Origin: Candidatus Sericytochromatia bacterium
Lineage (GTDB): Bacteria > Cyanobacteriota > Sericytochromatia > S15B-MN24 > UBA4093
Reading direction: 5' to 3'
Assembly: GCA_036676495.1 (NCBI GenBank)
Contig: JAKFCT010000080.1
Location: 89,277-153,276, forward strand
DNA length: 64,000 bases
The notes below the pieces were generated by a model. The model was not told the DNA's origin. It searched no databases and worked only from the letters and a program-made list of their open reading frames with translations. Below, piece by piece: positions 17,341 to 27,417 of this stretch. The position numbers and the translations under genes were made by a program. Numbering within the stretch: the first letter of the stretch is position 1; the number at the start of each line of letters is the position of its first letter.

Positions 17341-19812
17341 ATGTCGCGACTGAAGATCCGTTACCTGCTCTTGCTCTTGTTTGGCATGATCACGGCCATC
17401 ACCCTGGGTTCACTCCTCCAAGGGGTGCTCGTCACCACCCAGAGCTATCAGAAGGCCAGCTGGATCAAAGAGGCGAATGCCCTGGCGGATGCCGTTATCC
17501 GGGCGAACGCCTCGGAGGCCATCGAGCGCGGCGTGACCGCCACGGCGCTTTCCAACCCTGGCGCCATCACCTCCGAGACCCGGACGCGGATTGCCTCCTT
17601 GCGCGAAGCGGGCGATCGCCACTACACCGAGGCGCTCCGTCTGGCCAAGCAGATCCAGGGTGATCGCGCGACGCATCCCTTGGCGCAGAGCCTCGAGGAG
17701 GTCGATCGCCAGCGGGCGGCCCTCGAACAAGCGCGCCAGGAAGCGGATCGCGTCCTGCAAACGGGCTCGGGCTCCTTGACGGCTCCGGTCTGGGTGGTCA
17801 CCATGTCGACCTTCATCGACTCCCTGTCCCAGATGCGCCGGGACGCCTTCGTGGCCAACTCTCCGCTGGACGAGGCCTACCGCAACAATCTTCAGATCAA
17901 GGAGATCGTCTTCCAGGCGAGCGAGTACGCGGGCCGCGAGCGGGCGACCCTCGGCACCCTGGTGGCAGCCAAGAAGCCGATCGAGGGCCAGGTCGAGCTC
18001 ACCCTGGGCGCTTACCGGGGGATCGTCGACCGGAACCTCGAGACCCTGATGGGCCTGACCCGTGACTTGCCTGCGGATTCTCCCACCCGTCAGGCGATCG
18101 AAGGCCTGAAGCGCGAGTTCCTGGGACATTTCCAGCAGGTCCGCACCTCGGTCTACGCCGCGGGCAGGGCCGGCGGCAACTACCCGATCGACGGCGCCAC
18201 CTGGGTCTCGGAGGCCACCCGCGGCATCGACTCCATCCTGGCGATCGCCGACGCGGTCAGCGTCGAGACCGTTCAAACCGTGGAAACGGCCGAGCGCGAG
18301 GGCATCCGGGACATCGTGCTGGTCTTGCTCGGCGCCCTCGTCAGCGTCGCGATCGTGGGCTTCGCCGCCTTGACCATCCACCGGCGCGTCCTCGTGCCTC
18401 TCATGCGCCTGACCAAGGCGTCCCACGTGATCGCGGAAGGCATCCTGGATCGGGAGATCGTCAGCGAGGTGGACGACGAGCTCGGCGAGCTGGCGCATTC
18501 CTTCGAGCAGATGCGCCGCTACCTCAAGGACGTGGCGGACGTGGCCGAGGCCATGAGCCGCGGGGATCTCTCACGAAACATCGTTCCTCAGAGCGACCGC
18601 GACCAGTTTGGCGTGGCGATCGCCGAGATGGCCCGAAAGCTGCGTGAGGTCATCGCCCAGGTGCGCCAGTCGGCCCAGACGCTGGCGGCGGCGGCACAGC
18701 AGGCCGATTCGGCCACCCAGTCCACTTCGTCGAGCATCTCGGAGATGGCGGCGTCGATTGCCCAGGTCTCGGGCAATTCGCTGGCGCTGGCGGCCTCGGT
18801 GGATGAGACGTCGTCGAGCATCGAGGAGATGACGTCGAGCATTCAGCAGGTGGCCGGGAACGTCGGGGTGCTCTCCGATGCCGTGAGTCAGACCTCGGCT
18901 AGCATCGAGCAGATGGCCGCGTCGGTCCAGCAGGTGGCGCTCAACGTCACGGAGGCGAGCCGCGTTGCCGAGCAGGCGACACGGGTGGCCCAGGGCGGCC
19001 AGCAGGCGGTTGCACAGACGGTCGAGGGCATGGGGCAGATCACCGAGGCCATGACCGGCGTGGTTCAGGTCATGGCGAGCCTCGGCAAGTCCTCGGAGGA
19101 AATCGGGGAAATCATCGCGGTGATCGACGACATCGCCGAACAGACCAACCTCTTGGCCCTGAACGCCGCCATCGAGGCGGCGCGGGCCGGAGAGCACGGC
19201 CGCGGCTTCGCGGTGGTCGCCGACGAGGTCCGCAAGTTGGCCGAGCGCTCCGCCAAGGCCACCGGAGAGATCGCGACGCTCATCAAGGGAATCCAGAAGG
19301 AGACCGAGCAGGCGACCACTCGAACCCACCAGGGGGAGGTTGCCATTCGGGAGGGCTCGGCTCTCGCCGGGAGCGCCGGAGAGGCCCTTCAGGAGATCGT
19401 CCGCGCCGTGGGCGAGGTCACCGTGCTCATGGCGCAGATCGCCCAGGCGACGAGCGAGCAGAGTGGGGTTGCCCAGCAGATCACAGGGGCGGTGGCGTCG
19501 ATGAATCAGCTCACGCAGCAGGTGACGCTGGCGACGCGCGAGCAAGCGCTGGGTTCGGCTCAGATCATGACGGCGGTCGCCTCGATGAACGGGATGACCC
19601 AGCAGGTTTCGACCGCCACCTCCGAGCAAAAGAAGGGCGCCGAGGTCGTCGTCGTCTCTGTCGACCAGCTGGGCCAGATGTCGCGAGATCTGAAGGCGCA
19701 AGCGCAGGGGCTGATCGAGGTGATGAGCTTCTTCCAGGAGCAGGGAGCACGCGAAGGGCTTGCCGCTCCGGTGGCGGAGGCGTCCCGCGCGTTGATCGGC
19801 GCGGCGCGCTAG
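17341..19812 (+). CDS. Methyl-accepting chemotaxis protein with large periplasmic, NIT-like sensor and HAMP domain
   Basis: Two TM segments, HAMP ([10 protein letters not shown]), signalling tip [40 protein letters not shown]; ERG and AGRERA motifs in the sensor. Confidence 0.93.
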   Translation: MSRLKIRYLLLLLFGMITAITLGSLLQGVLVTTQSYQKASWIKEANALADAVIRANASEAIERGVTATALSNPGAITSETRTRIASLREAGDRHYTEALRLAKQIQGDRATHPLAQSLEEVDRQRAALEQARQEADRVLQTGSGSLTAPVWVVTMSTFIDSLSQMRRDAFVANSPLDEAYRNNLQIKEIVFQASEYAGRERATLGTLVAAKKPIEGQVELTLGAYRGIVDRNLETLMGLTRDLPADSPTRQAIEGLKREFLGHFQQVRTSVYAAGRAGGNYPIDGATWVSEATRGIDSILAIADAVSVETVQTVETAEREGIRDIVLVLLGALVSVAIVGFAALTIHRRVLVPLMRLTKASHVIAEGILDREIVSEVDDELGELAHSFEQMRRYLKDVADVAEAMSRGDLSRNIVPQSDRDQFGVAIAEMARKLREVIAQVRQSAQTLAAAAQQADSATQSTSSSISEMAASIAQVSGNSLALAASVDETSSSIEEMTSSIQQVAGNVGVLSDAVSQTSASIEQMAASVQQVALNVTEASRVAEQATRVAQGGQQAVAQTVEGMGQITEAMTGVVQVMASLGKSSEEIGEIIAVIDDIAEQTNLLALNAAIEAARAGEHGRGFAVVADEVRKLAERSAKATGEIATLIKGIQKETEQATTRTHQGEVAIREGSALAGSAGEALQEIVRAVGEVTVLMAQIAQATSEQSGVAQQITGAVASMNQLTQQVTLATREQALGSAQIMTAVASMNGMTQQVSTATSEQKKGAEVVVVSVDQLGQMSRDLKAQAQGLIEVMSFFQEQGAREGLAAPVAEASRALIGAAR

Positions 19813-19818
19813 CGTCGG

Positions 19819-21162
19819 TCAGGCCGGCGCGACGCAGCGGAAGGTGGCGTAGGCGTAGGGGTAGGTGGCGTAGAACCAGTTCCGGAAGGACGCCCTGAGG
19901 AGCTTGGCGTCGGTGGCCCAGGATCCGCCTTTCAACACCATGTGCTTGCCGTCGAAGAAGTCGGCCGAATACCCGGGATAGCTCGGATCGGCCTGGAAGC
20001 CCTCGAACGGGCCGAAGGGCGTGCGGGTCCACTCCCAGCCGTTTCCGAGCAGGTCGTGGACTCCCAGCGCGCTGGCGCCAAGGGGGAAGGATCCGACCTT
20101 TGCCGGGTGGCATTGCAGGAAGTCGAAGTTGCCATGCTGCGCGGAGGGCCGATCCCAGCCCCATGGGTAAGGCCGGTCCGGATCGTCGCCGAAGGCGGCG
20201 CGGTGCCATTCGGCTTCCGTCGGCAGCCGTTTGCCCATGAAGCGGGCATAGGCCGAGGCCTCCGCCTGGGTGACCAGGACCGGCCAGTCGGGCGGGAGCG
20301 GGATCTCTGAGACGAGGTCTCGGTAGGTCCAGCCGGAGTCGCGGGGCTGCCAGAAGCGCGGATGGGTGATTCGCTCGCGGGAGAGCCATTCCCAGGCGGG
20401 GGCGACCCAGAACTCGGAGCGCTGGTAGCCGCCGGCTTCCAGGAAGGCCATGTACTGCTCGTTGGTGCAGAGCGTCGCGTCGATGCGGAAGGCCGGGACG
20501 CGGACGTCATGGCATGGGAGTTCGTTGTCCCATGCGAAGGGACCGTCGACCGGGCGGGCGCCGAGGCGGGCGACGCCGGCGGGCACCTCGACGGTTTCGA
20601 GGGCCGGGGCCTTCTCCGGGGCAGCGCCCGGATTCGGGGGGGCGGTTCCTGCGGATTTCGAGCCGCGGAGCTCTCGGGGTTGCTTGAAGGCGGCGGGAAG
20701 CTGGTGAATCATGTAGAGCAGCGTCTCGTGGTGCATCAGCTCGTGCTCGAGCATGATATGAAGCATGCGGCCGTTCTGCAGCCATGGATGCGGAGGCCGC
20801 TCCGGATCGAAGCGCTCCAGGAAGTCCGCAAGCCGCTGGCTGACCTCTTGTTTGTAGAGCTGAATGGTCTCGCGCGGCGGCCAGCAATCCTCTCGGGGAG
20901 ACGGGGACCCGGGATCCGGGTCGATGCCGCGCCCAAAGCGCGCGTCGAAATCCGGGTTGAAGCTCGCCTCCCCGAGCGTCTTGCGGAAGAGCTGGTTCCA
21001 GTTGAAAGCCGAGAGGTGCCCGTCGTAGAAGACGAACGGATGGCGCAGCCGGATTGGCCGCATCGTGTAGGCCTCCGGCCGCACCATGGCCAGGATCTCC
21101 TCGGTCCGCTGACGCGCCTGGAGAAAGGCCTGAGCAAAGGGATAGCGCTCGGAATTCCTCAT
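19819..21162 (-). CDS. egtB: EgtB/OvoA-family non-heme iron sulfoxide synthase
   Basis: DinB-like FYDGH and EHELMHHETL iron ligands; FGE-sulfatase domain (RLPTEAEW, GNGWEWT, KGGSWAT, FRNWF); start ATG 21162 after GGAGGTG; egtD nearby. Confidence 0.82.
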   Translation of the reverse strand: MRNSERYPFAQAFLQARQRTEEILAMVRPEAYTMRPIRLRHPFVFYDGHLSAFNWNQLFRKTLGEASFNPDFDARFGRGIDPDPGSPSPREDCWPPRETIQLYKQEVSQRLADFLERFDPERPPHPWLQNGRMLHIMLEHELMHHETLLYMIHQLPAAFKQPRELRGSKSAGTAPPNPGAAPEKAPALETVEVPAGVARLGARPVDGPFAWDNELPCHDVRVPAFRIDATLCTNEQYMAFLEAGGYQRSEFWVAPAWEWLSRERITHPRFWQPRDSGWTYRDLVSEIPLPPDWPVLVTQAEASAYARFMGKRLPTEAEWHRAAFGDDPDRPYPWGWDRPSAQHGNFDFLQCHPAKVGSFPLGASALGVHDLLGNGWEWTRTPFGPFEGFQADPSYPGYSADFFDGKHMVLKGGSWATDAKLLRASFRNWFYATYPYAYATFRCVAPA

Positions 21163-21497
21163 GGGCACCTCCGAACTCACCCTATCGGCGGCAAGCCCCG
21201 GGAGCAATGGCCGGATAGGCGAAAAAGAGGGGCTAGCCCCCTGGCGCGATCCGTAGTTCACCCGGATGCTAAGACCGGGGTTTCCGGACACGATGGAGAC
21301 GTGGGGATCTGCCGAGTCCTCCCCGGAATGCCGGGTCTCCGAGGCCTGGATGGCTCAAATGGACTAGCGCGGGCTGGTGAGTTCAGGCGGTAAGTGACTA
21401 TCGACGCGCATTTGGGGTAAGTGAAATTGGGATATTTGTCCCTATTAGAGCCGAGTGGCCAGGCGTTATACTGGACTATCGGGCTCGACTCTCGTCG

Positions 21498-23408
21498 ATG
21501 AGGGGAATCACCATGCGGCATGGCTTCAGCGACTGGCTTTCGAACGTACCTCAGCAGATGAACGAGGCGCTCAAGAGTGCCTCGGAATGGTTGTCTGATG
21601 GCCAAACCGCCTCCAAGTCGGCTCCGCGCGGGGGCCGCAAGGAGGCCCCTGTCTTCCATGAACCCGCCAAGGCGACCGCCCCGGAATCCCTGGAGGCGGT
21701 GCTGAGCGACGCAAGCCAGCGCTCCGCGGCCCTGCGAGAGGTCATTCGCAAGGCCTTCGGCGACCGCATGCCCCGGGATCTCGAACTCGACCCCCTCTTG
21801 CCGCTGGCCGCCACGCCGAAGTCCTTCGGCGTCCTGACCGAGCTCTTCTCCCTCTTGAGCCGCAAGGGTTGTCCCTGCAGCGCCGAGATGCTCGCCGGCT
21901 GGGGCTCCATGGCCTCCTCGAACCGCCTGCTCGCCTCCCTCGAGTTGCTCCTCGACCTCGTCTCTCCCCGTGACGACGAGGCCTGGGGCCAGCTTTACAC
22001 CCTCCTGCATGCCAGCTGGGGCCGGCCGGCCTTCGAGCGCATCTTCCAGCTCGCCGATGGCCTCGCCCCGATGAAGCGCACGATCTCCTTGCAGTCGCTC
22101 GAACTGCTGGCTCAGAGCCTTCGCGACGCGAGCGCCTGCGACTGCTTCCTGCAGGCCATCCGGGCCTTCCGGGCCAGCGACAAGCTCTCCTGGGACGATC
22201 TCGACGCCGTCGTGGTCAAGTTCGCCAAGGACGAGGAATCCTCCGCCACCATCGGCGAGATCGGCACGATCCTGGCCCAGCGGGGGCGCGAAGGCTACCG
22301 GAGCGGGGATCTGGACTTCCTCTTCAGCGAGCTCTCGACGCGGACTGCCGTCAAGCGCTACCTCCAGGCTTTCAAGATTCTCGACGAGTACCAGATCCGG
22401 TTCGACGAGTTCGACGCCTTCGTGACCTCCTTCGCCCGTCATTCCGAGGACATCGAGTGGCTGAGCGAGGCCGTGCTCGGACTGCAGGAGGCCGGCCGCG
22501 TCGTTACGCGCCTGACTCTCGTCCAGCTGCGCGAGTGGGCTCCCACCACGGCCGCCCTGAAGCGCTACGTCCGGGGCGTCCGCGCCTTCGTCGACTCCGG
22601 CCTGAGCGGCGAGCAGATCGACCAGTTCCTGCTTCCCCACATGGAATCCGAGGCCGATGCCGCCTTGGCCTCGATGATCGGAGAGCTGGGCGGCCGCCTC
22701 TTCGACGGGACGTTCACCCTGCAGAAGGTTGAGGCCCTCATGGAGGCTCTGCCGGAGCGTGCCGCCGTGAAGCGCTACGAGCAGGCGGTCCTGCTCATGC
22801 GCGAGGCCGGCCTGCGCCCGTCCGATATCGAGGTGCTCGCTCCGGAGTTCGCGAGGACCGCCGACGACGCCATCTGGCTGGAGGCCTTCGTGCGCAACAG
22901 CGCCGAGATGTCCCGCGCCGTCGAGCGCCTCGAGCTCTTCCACATCCGGGAGCGTTGCCCCGAGGTCACCCATATCTACCGCTACTTCCGCCTGCGCAAG
23001 CTCTTCGACGAGTTCAGCCAGATCTCCCAGGCGGAGTTCGAGGACCTCGCCTTCGACGCCCTGCTCGACGAGGAGCAGAGCCTGGGCTACCTGATGGAGA
23101 CCCTGGCGGAGTGGGGGCGGCAGCACGAATGCACGGCCGCCGACATCCGGAGGCTCATGGAGGCCTTCCCCGGCCGGGCGGGGGTGCAGCGCTACAAGAA
23201 CGCCATCCAGAACTTCCAGGGATCCTGGGTGGGGCTGGATTACCTGGCGATCGCCATTGCCACCACGGATCACCGCGCGTCCATCATGGCCATGGTCGGC
23301 AAGAGCCTGGGAGCTAGGCAACTCAACGACGTCGACCGAAACCCGGCCCTCAACCAGATGATCGAGCAGGTCATCGCCAAGGCCGAGAAAGGGAGCGTCT
23401 CGGAGTAG
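21498..23408 (+). CDS. Hypothetical alpha-helical repeat protein
   Basis: Long ORF with host-like codon usage; (K/Y/Q)RY motif recurs every 69-70 aa; no family recognised. Confidence 0.8.
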   Translation: MRGITMRHGFSDWLSNVPQQMNEALKSASEWLSDGQTASKSAPRGGRKEAPVFHEPAKATAPESLEAVLSDASQRSAALREVIRKAFGDRMPRDLELDPLLPLAATPKSFGVLTELFSLLSRKGCPCSAEMLAGWGSMASSNRLLASLELLLDLVSPRDDEAWGQLYTLLHASWGRPAFERIFQLADGLAPMKRTISLQSLELLAQSLRDASACDCFLQAIRAFRASDKLSWDDLDAVVVKFAKDEESSATIGEIGTILAQRGREGYRSGDLDFLFSELSTRTAVKRYLQAFKILDEYQIRFDEFDAFVTSFARHSEDIEWLSEAVLGLQEAGRVVTRLTLVQLREWAPTTAALKRYVRGVRAFVDSGLSGEQIDQFLLPHMESEADAALASMIGELGGRLFDGTFTLQKVEALMEALPERAAVKRYEQAVLLMREAGLRPSDIEVLAPEFARTADDAIWLEAFVRNSAEMSRAVERLELFHIRERCPEVTHIYRYFRLRKLFDEFSQISQAEFEDLAFDALLDEEQSLGYLMETLAEWGRQHECTAADIRRLMEAFPGRAGVQRYKNAIQNFQGSWVGLDYLAIAIATTDHRASIMAMVGKSLGARQLNDVDRNPALNQMIEQVIAKAEKGSVSE

Positions 23409-23578
23409 GGTCGGATCCCCGGAACTCCGTCCAGCTGGCCTGTCCGAACGGTCGGCCAGCTGGGTATCATGCTAGTGGTCCAAGCCACGTCGCAACGGTC
23501 GGTGCCAAGCCGCACGGCGCCGAGGCGACATCGGGGCGGGTTACCGTCCGTTGGCCATCCGGGGCAGGGTGGCGAGGA

Positions 23579-24079
23579 ATGAAAGGAAAGCCTATGTCGA
23601 CTTCCACCGGTCTCGATTTCGTCCGTGCCTTCGGGCAGGCCGCCGAGCAGGTCCTGCAGGAGGTGCTGAGCGAGACCCCCACCCGGGGAGCCCCGGTCTT
23701 CCAGATGGGGCCGACGATCCCCCTTCAGGAAGTCAACGTCCAGGTGGGCGTGACCGGTGAACTCACCGGCCACGTGAACTTCGGAATGAACATGTACACG
23801 GCCAAGGCGATCGCCGGCATCATGATGATGGAGGAGGTCGAGGAACTCGACGAGATGGCCATCTCCGCCCTCTCGGAGCTGGCCAACATGATCGCTGGCA
23901 ACGCCCGCACCTTCCTCAACCAGCTCGCCGGCTTCTCGGACATCACCCCTCCCTCGGTCCTGATGGGCGCCTCGATCAGCGGCACCTGGGCCCACGTCCG
24001 CGCCATGAGCGTCCCGCTGGCCCTGGGAGCGGGCACCATTCACCTGACCGTCGGCATTCGCGTAAAGGAGAGCAAGTAA
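23579..24079 (+). CDS. cheX: Chemotaxis phosphatase CheX
   Basis: VGVTGELTG, SALSELANMIAGN (E-x-x-N), DITPPSV; the start may be ATG 23594. Confidence 0.88.
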   Translation: MKGKPMSTSTGLDFVRAFGQAAEQVLQEVLSETPTRGAPVFQMGPTIPLQEVNVQVGVTGELTGHVNFGMNMYTAKAIAGIMMMEEVEELDEMAISALSELANMIAGNARTFLNQLAGFSDITPPSVLMGASISGTWAHVRAMSVPLALGAGTIHLTVGIRVKESK

Positions 24080-24444
24080 TGAGCATCCGGGTCCTCATCG
24101 TCGACGACGCGCCCTTCATGCGGAAGAACCTCGCCAAGATCATCGCCGAGAAGGGCTGGGAGGTTGCCGGCGAAGCGGGCAACGGCAAGGAAGCGATCGA
24201 GCAGTTCGCCGCCACCAAGCCCGATGTCGTCACGATGGACATCACCATGCCCGAGATGGACGGCATCGCCGCCGTCAAGGCCATCGTCGGCTCCGACCCC
24301 AAGGCCCGGGTCGTGATGTGCTCGGCCGTCGGCCAGCAGGACATGATCGTCGAGGCCGTCCGCTCCGGAGCCAAGGACTTCATCGTCAAGCCCTTCCAGA
24401 AGGAGCGCGTCATCGCCGCGATCGAAGGAGCCATGGCCAAGTGA
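24079..24444 (+). CDS. cheY: Chemotaxis response regulator
   Basis: VDDAPFMR, MDITMPEMDG, CSAVGQ, FIVKPF. Confidence 0.93.
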   Translation: MSIRVLIVDDAPFMRKNLAKIIAEKGWEVAGEAGNGKEAIEQFAATKPDVVTMDITMPEMDGIAAVKAIVGSDPKARVVMCSAVGQQDMIVEAVRSGAKDFIVKPFQKERVIAAIEGAMAK

Positions 24445-26606
24445 GTCTCGAGTTCGACGCCGAAGATTTCCAGGCCTTCCTCGAGGAGGCCCGCAGCCAC
24501 CTCGACACCCTCGAACAGGGCTTGCTCGCCCTCGAGGACATGGTCGGCCAGGCCCTGGACATCGAGCTTCTCAACGAGATGTTCCGCGGCGCCCACTCCA
24601 TCAAGGGTGCGGCTGGCATGCTCGGTCTCAAGACCGTGGCCGCCCTCACCCACCAGATGGAGAACTTGCTCGGCGCCGTCAGGGCCGGCAAGCACACGCT
24701 GACCGCCCGCGGGGTCGAGGTCCTCTTCGAGGCCGTGGACGCGCTGGGAACTTTGCTGGTCGAACTCGGGGGCGGAACCGTCGGCAACGGCCTGGACATC
24801 ACCCCGACCGTGAATGCCCTCAAGGAAATCCTCGAGGGCGAGCCTGCCGGCGACGCCCCGCGGGCCGCCGCCGCGGCCGAGGACCCTCCCTACTCCTTCG
24901 ACCCCGCCTTCATGGAGCTGCTGAGCCCGAAGCACCGCTCCCTGCTCGGCAAGCTGGACGCCGAATCGCGCTACCTCTACGAGATCTCCCTGGATCTCGC
25001 GGACTGCCGCTGGGGCGACGAGATGCTCGACCATGCCGTCATGGAGAAGCTTTATTCGCTTGGCGAGGTCCTGGGCATCCTCTCGGACCCCCCCATTCCC
25101 CCGCACGCGCCCGGCGCAGGCCCCTTCCCGGTCTCGGGCCCGGCCTTGTTCGTGACCACGGCGGAACCGGCCATCCTGGGCATCCTGCTGCCCTTCAGCA
25201 GCGATCAGATCATGGTCCTCCATGCGCCCGGAGCCACCCCCGCGCCGAAGCCCGCCGCCCCCGCGGCAGCGCCCGAGGCAGCGCCTGCGGCTGATGCGGC
25301 AGCGCCTGCGGCTAATGCCGCTAAGACTTCGGCCGTGCCTGCGGCCTCGAACGCCCCCAAGGAGGCCCCCGCGGCCAAGAAGCCGGCTGCCGTGGCCCAG
25401 AGCATCCGCGTCGACGTCGAGCGCCTCGACCTCCTCATGGACGTCGTCGGTGAGCTGGTCATCGGCAATACCCGCCTCGCCCAGCTGGGCACCGAGCTCG
25501 AGCACCGCTACGATCGCGAGCCCCTGGTCGGAACCCTCAACGAGACCCTCGCCCAGGTGGGACGTCTCATGAGCGAGCTTCAGCTCACCGTCATGCGCGT
25601 CCGGATGATCCCCGTCGAACGGGTCTTCAGCAAGTTCCCCCGCCTGATCCGCGACCTGGCCAAGACCATGGACAAGGAGATCAAGCTGGAGATCTTCGGC
25701 CAGGACACCGAGCTCGACAAGACGGTCGTCGAGGAGCTCGAGGATCCCTTGGTCCACCTCCTGCGCAACGCCGCCGATCACGGCATCGAGCGGCCCGACG
25801 TCCGTGAAGGCAGCGGCAAGTCCCGCGTCGGCGTCATCCGCCTTGGAGCGCACCGGGAGGGCAACCACATCGTCATCAGCATCGCGGACGACGGTGGCGG
25901 CATCAACCCCGAGAAGATCCTGGCCAAGGCCCGCAAGATGGGCATCGCCACCGTCGACGGCACCTACTCCGACATGGACGCCTTGCAGTTCATCTTCCAT
26001 CCGGGCTTCAGCACGGCCGAGAAGGTGACGGACGTCTCGGGCCGCGGCGTCGGCATGGACGTGGTGAACCAGAACATCCGCAAGATCAAGGGCACCATCC
26101 AGGTGGTCTCCAAGGTCGGCGAGGGCTCCAAGTTCATCATCAAGCTGCCTCTGACCCTGGCCATCACCAAGGCGTTGCTCATCAAGGCCGGTGGTGACTT
26201 CTTCGCCATCCCGCTCGACGCGGTCAAGGAATCCATCCGGGTGGCCAACTCGGACATCAAGACCGTCAACCAGCGGGAGGTGATCCAGCTGCGCGACCGG
26301 GTGGTGCCCTTGTTCCGCCTGTCCCAGGCCTTCGGCCTCCGCCCGCAGCCCCGCGCGAGCCGCTACTCGCCGGTGGTGATCGTCGGAGGCGAATCCAAGC
26401 AAATCGGCCTGGTGGTCGATTCGCTCGAAGGCGAGCAGGACGTGGTCATCAAGTCCATGGGAGACTACCTGGGCGAGATCCGAGGCGTCGCCGGCGCGAC
26501 GATCCTGGGAGACGGCCGAGTGGCCTTGATCTTGGACATCGCGACCCTGATCGACGAGGGAGAGGGTAAGGACCGCCATGAATCCGGGGCGTACCACGCC
26601 GTCTGA
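24441..26606 (+). CDS. cheA: Chemotaxis histidine kinase
   Basis: Hpt FRGAHSIKG, IRVDVERLD, HLLRNAADHG, GFSTAEKVTDVSGRGVGMDVV, C-terminal CheW-like domain; GTG start overlapping the cheY stop. Confidence 0.95.
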   Translation: MSLEFDAEDFQAFLEEARSHLDTLEQGLLALEDMVGQALDIELLNEMFRGAHSIKGAAGMLGLKTVAALTHQMENLLGAVRAGKHTLTARGVEVLFEAVDALGTLLVELGGGTVGNGLDITPTVNALKEILEGEPAGDAPRAAAAAEDPPYSFDPAFMELLSPKHRSLLGKLDAESRYLYEISLDLADCRWGDEMLDHAVMEKLYSLGEVLGILSDPPIPPHAPGAGPFPVSGPALFVTTAEPAILGILLPFSSDQIMVLHAPGATPAPKPAAPAAAPEAAPAADAAAPAANAAKTSAVPAASNAPKEAPAAKKPAAVAQSIRVDVERLDLLMDVVGELVIGNTRLAQLGTELEHRYDREPLVGTLNETLAQVGRLMSELQLTVMRVRMIPVERVFSKFPRLIRDLAKTMDKEIKLEIFGQDTELDKTVVEELEDPLVHLLRNAADHGIERPDVREGSGKSRVGVIRLGAHREGNHIVISIADDGGGINPEKILAKARKMGIATVDGTYSDMDALQFIFHPGFSTAEKVTDVSGRGVGMDVVNQNIRKIKGTIQVVSKVGEGSKFIIKLPLTLAITKALLIKAGGDFFAIPLDAVKESIRVANSDIKTVNQREVIQLRDRVVPLFRLSQAFGLRPQPRASRYSPVVIVGGESKQIGLVVDSLEGEQDVVIKSMGDYLGEIRGVAGATILGDGRVALILDIATLIDEGEGKDRHESGAYHAV

Positions 26607-27414
26607 CGCCGTGGCGTTCCAGACGATTCGTGACTGGCTTTACCAGGAGACGGCCCTGGCCTATCCCGATAGCAAGCGCACCTTCATGGAGCGCCGGCTC
26701 TGGGATGCGGCCCAGGAGTGGGGCGCTCGGGATCTGGCCGAGCTCTGGAGCAAGTGCCTGTCGTCGGAGACGGTGAAGGCCAGCGTCATCGACGCCCTGA
26801 CCATCAACGAGACCAGCTTCTTCCGGATGCCGGCTCACTTCCAGGCCTTGGCCACCCTGCTTCCCGAGCTTGCGGCGCGTCGCCGGTCCGGCATCCTGGA
26901 CCGGCCGCGCCTGCGCCTCTGGAGCGCGGCCTGCTCGACGGGCGAAGAGCCCTATTCCCTGGCGATGACCGTGCTGGCCCAGAACGACCGCAGCTACACG
27001 ACGGAGATCCTGGCCACCGACCTCTGCCAGCAAGCCCTTGCCAAGGCCCGCGAGGGCCTCTACAGTGATTGGCGGCTGGAGAATCTTCCGGCGGGCTACC
27101 GCGGCGCGTACTTCGAGCCGGTGGAGCAGGGCCTCCGGGTCAAGCCCAGCGTCCGGGAGCTCTTGCGCTTTCAGCCGCACAACCTGAAGGCGCCGCCTCC
27201 GGCGGGCCCCTGGGACGTCATCTTCTGCCGCAACGTCATGATTTACTTCGACAACGACTTTCGCGAAGCGCTCCTGCAGCGCCTCTACGAGTCCCTGACC
27301 CCCGGGGGCGTCCTGTTCGTCGGAGAGGGCGAGACCCTTCACCTGGTCCCGCATGCGTTCGAAACCCATCCTCTCGCCGGTGCGGTGGTCTACCGGCGTC
27401 CGATAAAGGAGTGA
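26578..27414 (+). CDS. cheR: Protein-glutamate O-methyltransferase, copy 1
   Basis: TINETSFFR, WSAACSTGEEPYS, DVIFCRNVMIYF. Confidence 0.92.
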   Translation: MNPGRTTPSDAVAFQTIRDWLYQETALAYPDSKRTFMERRLWDAAQEWGARDLAELWSKCLSSETVKASVIDALTINETSFFRMPAHFQALATLLPELAARRRSGILDRPRLRLWSAACSTGEEPYSLAMTVLAQNDRSYTTEILATDLCQQALAKAREGLYSDWRLENLPAGYRGAYFEPVEQGLRVKPSVRELLRFQPHNLKAPPPAGPWDVIFCRNVMIYFDNDFREALLQRLYESLTPGGVLFVGEGETLHLVPHAFETHPLAGAVVYRRPIKE

Positions 27415-27417
27415 TCC

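Noticed and set aside
25277-25318. 21-bp tandem duplication in cheA
   Set aside because: It lies in the Ala/Pro linker before the dimerisation domain, where such expansions are ordinary.
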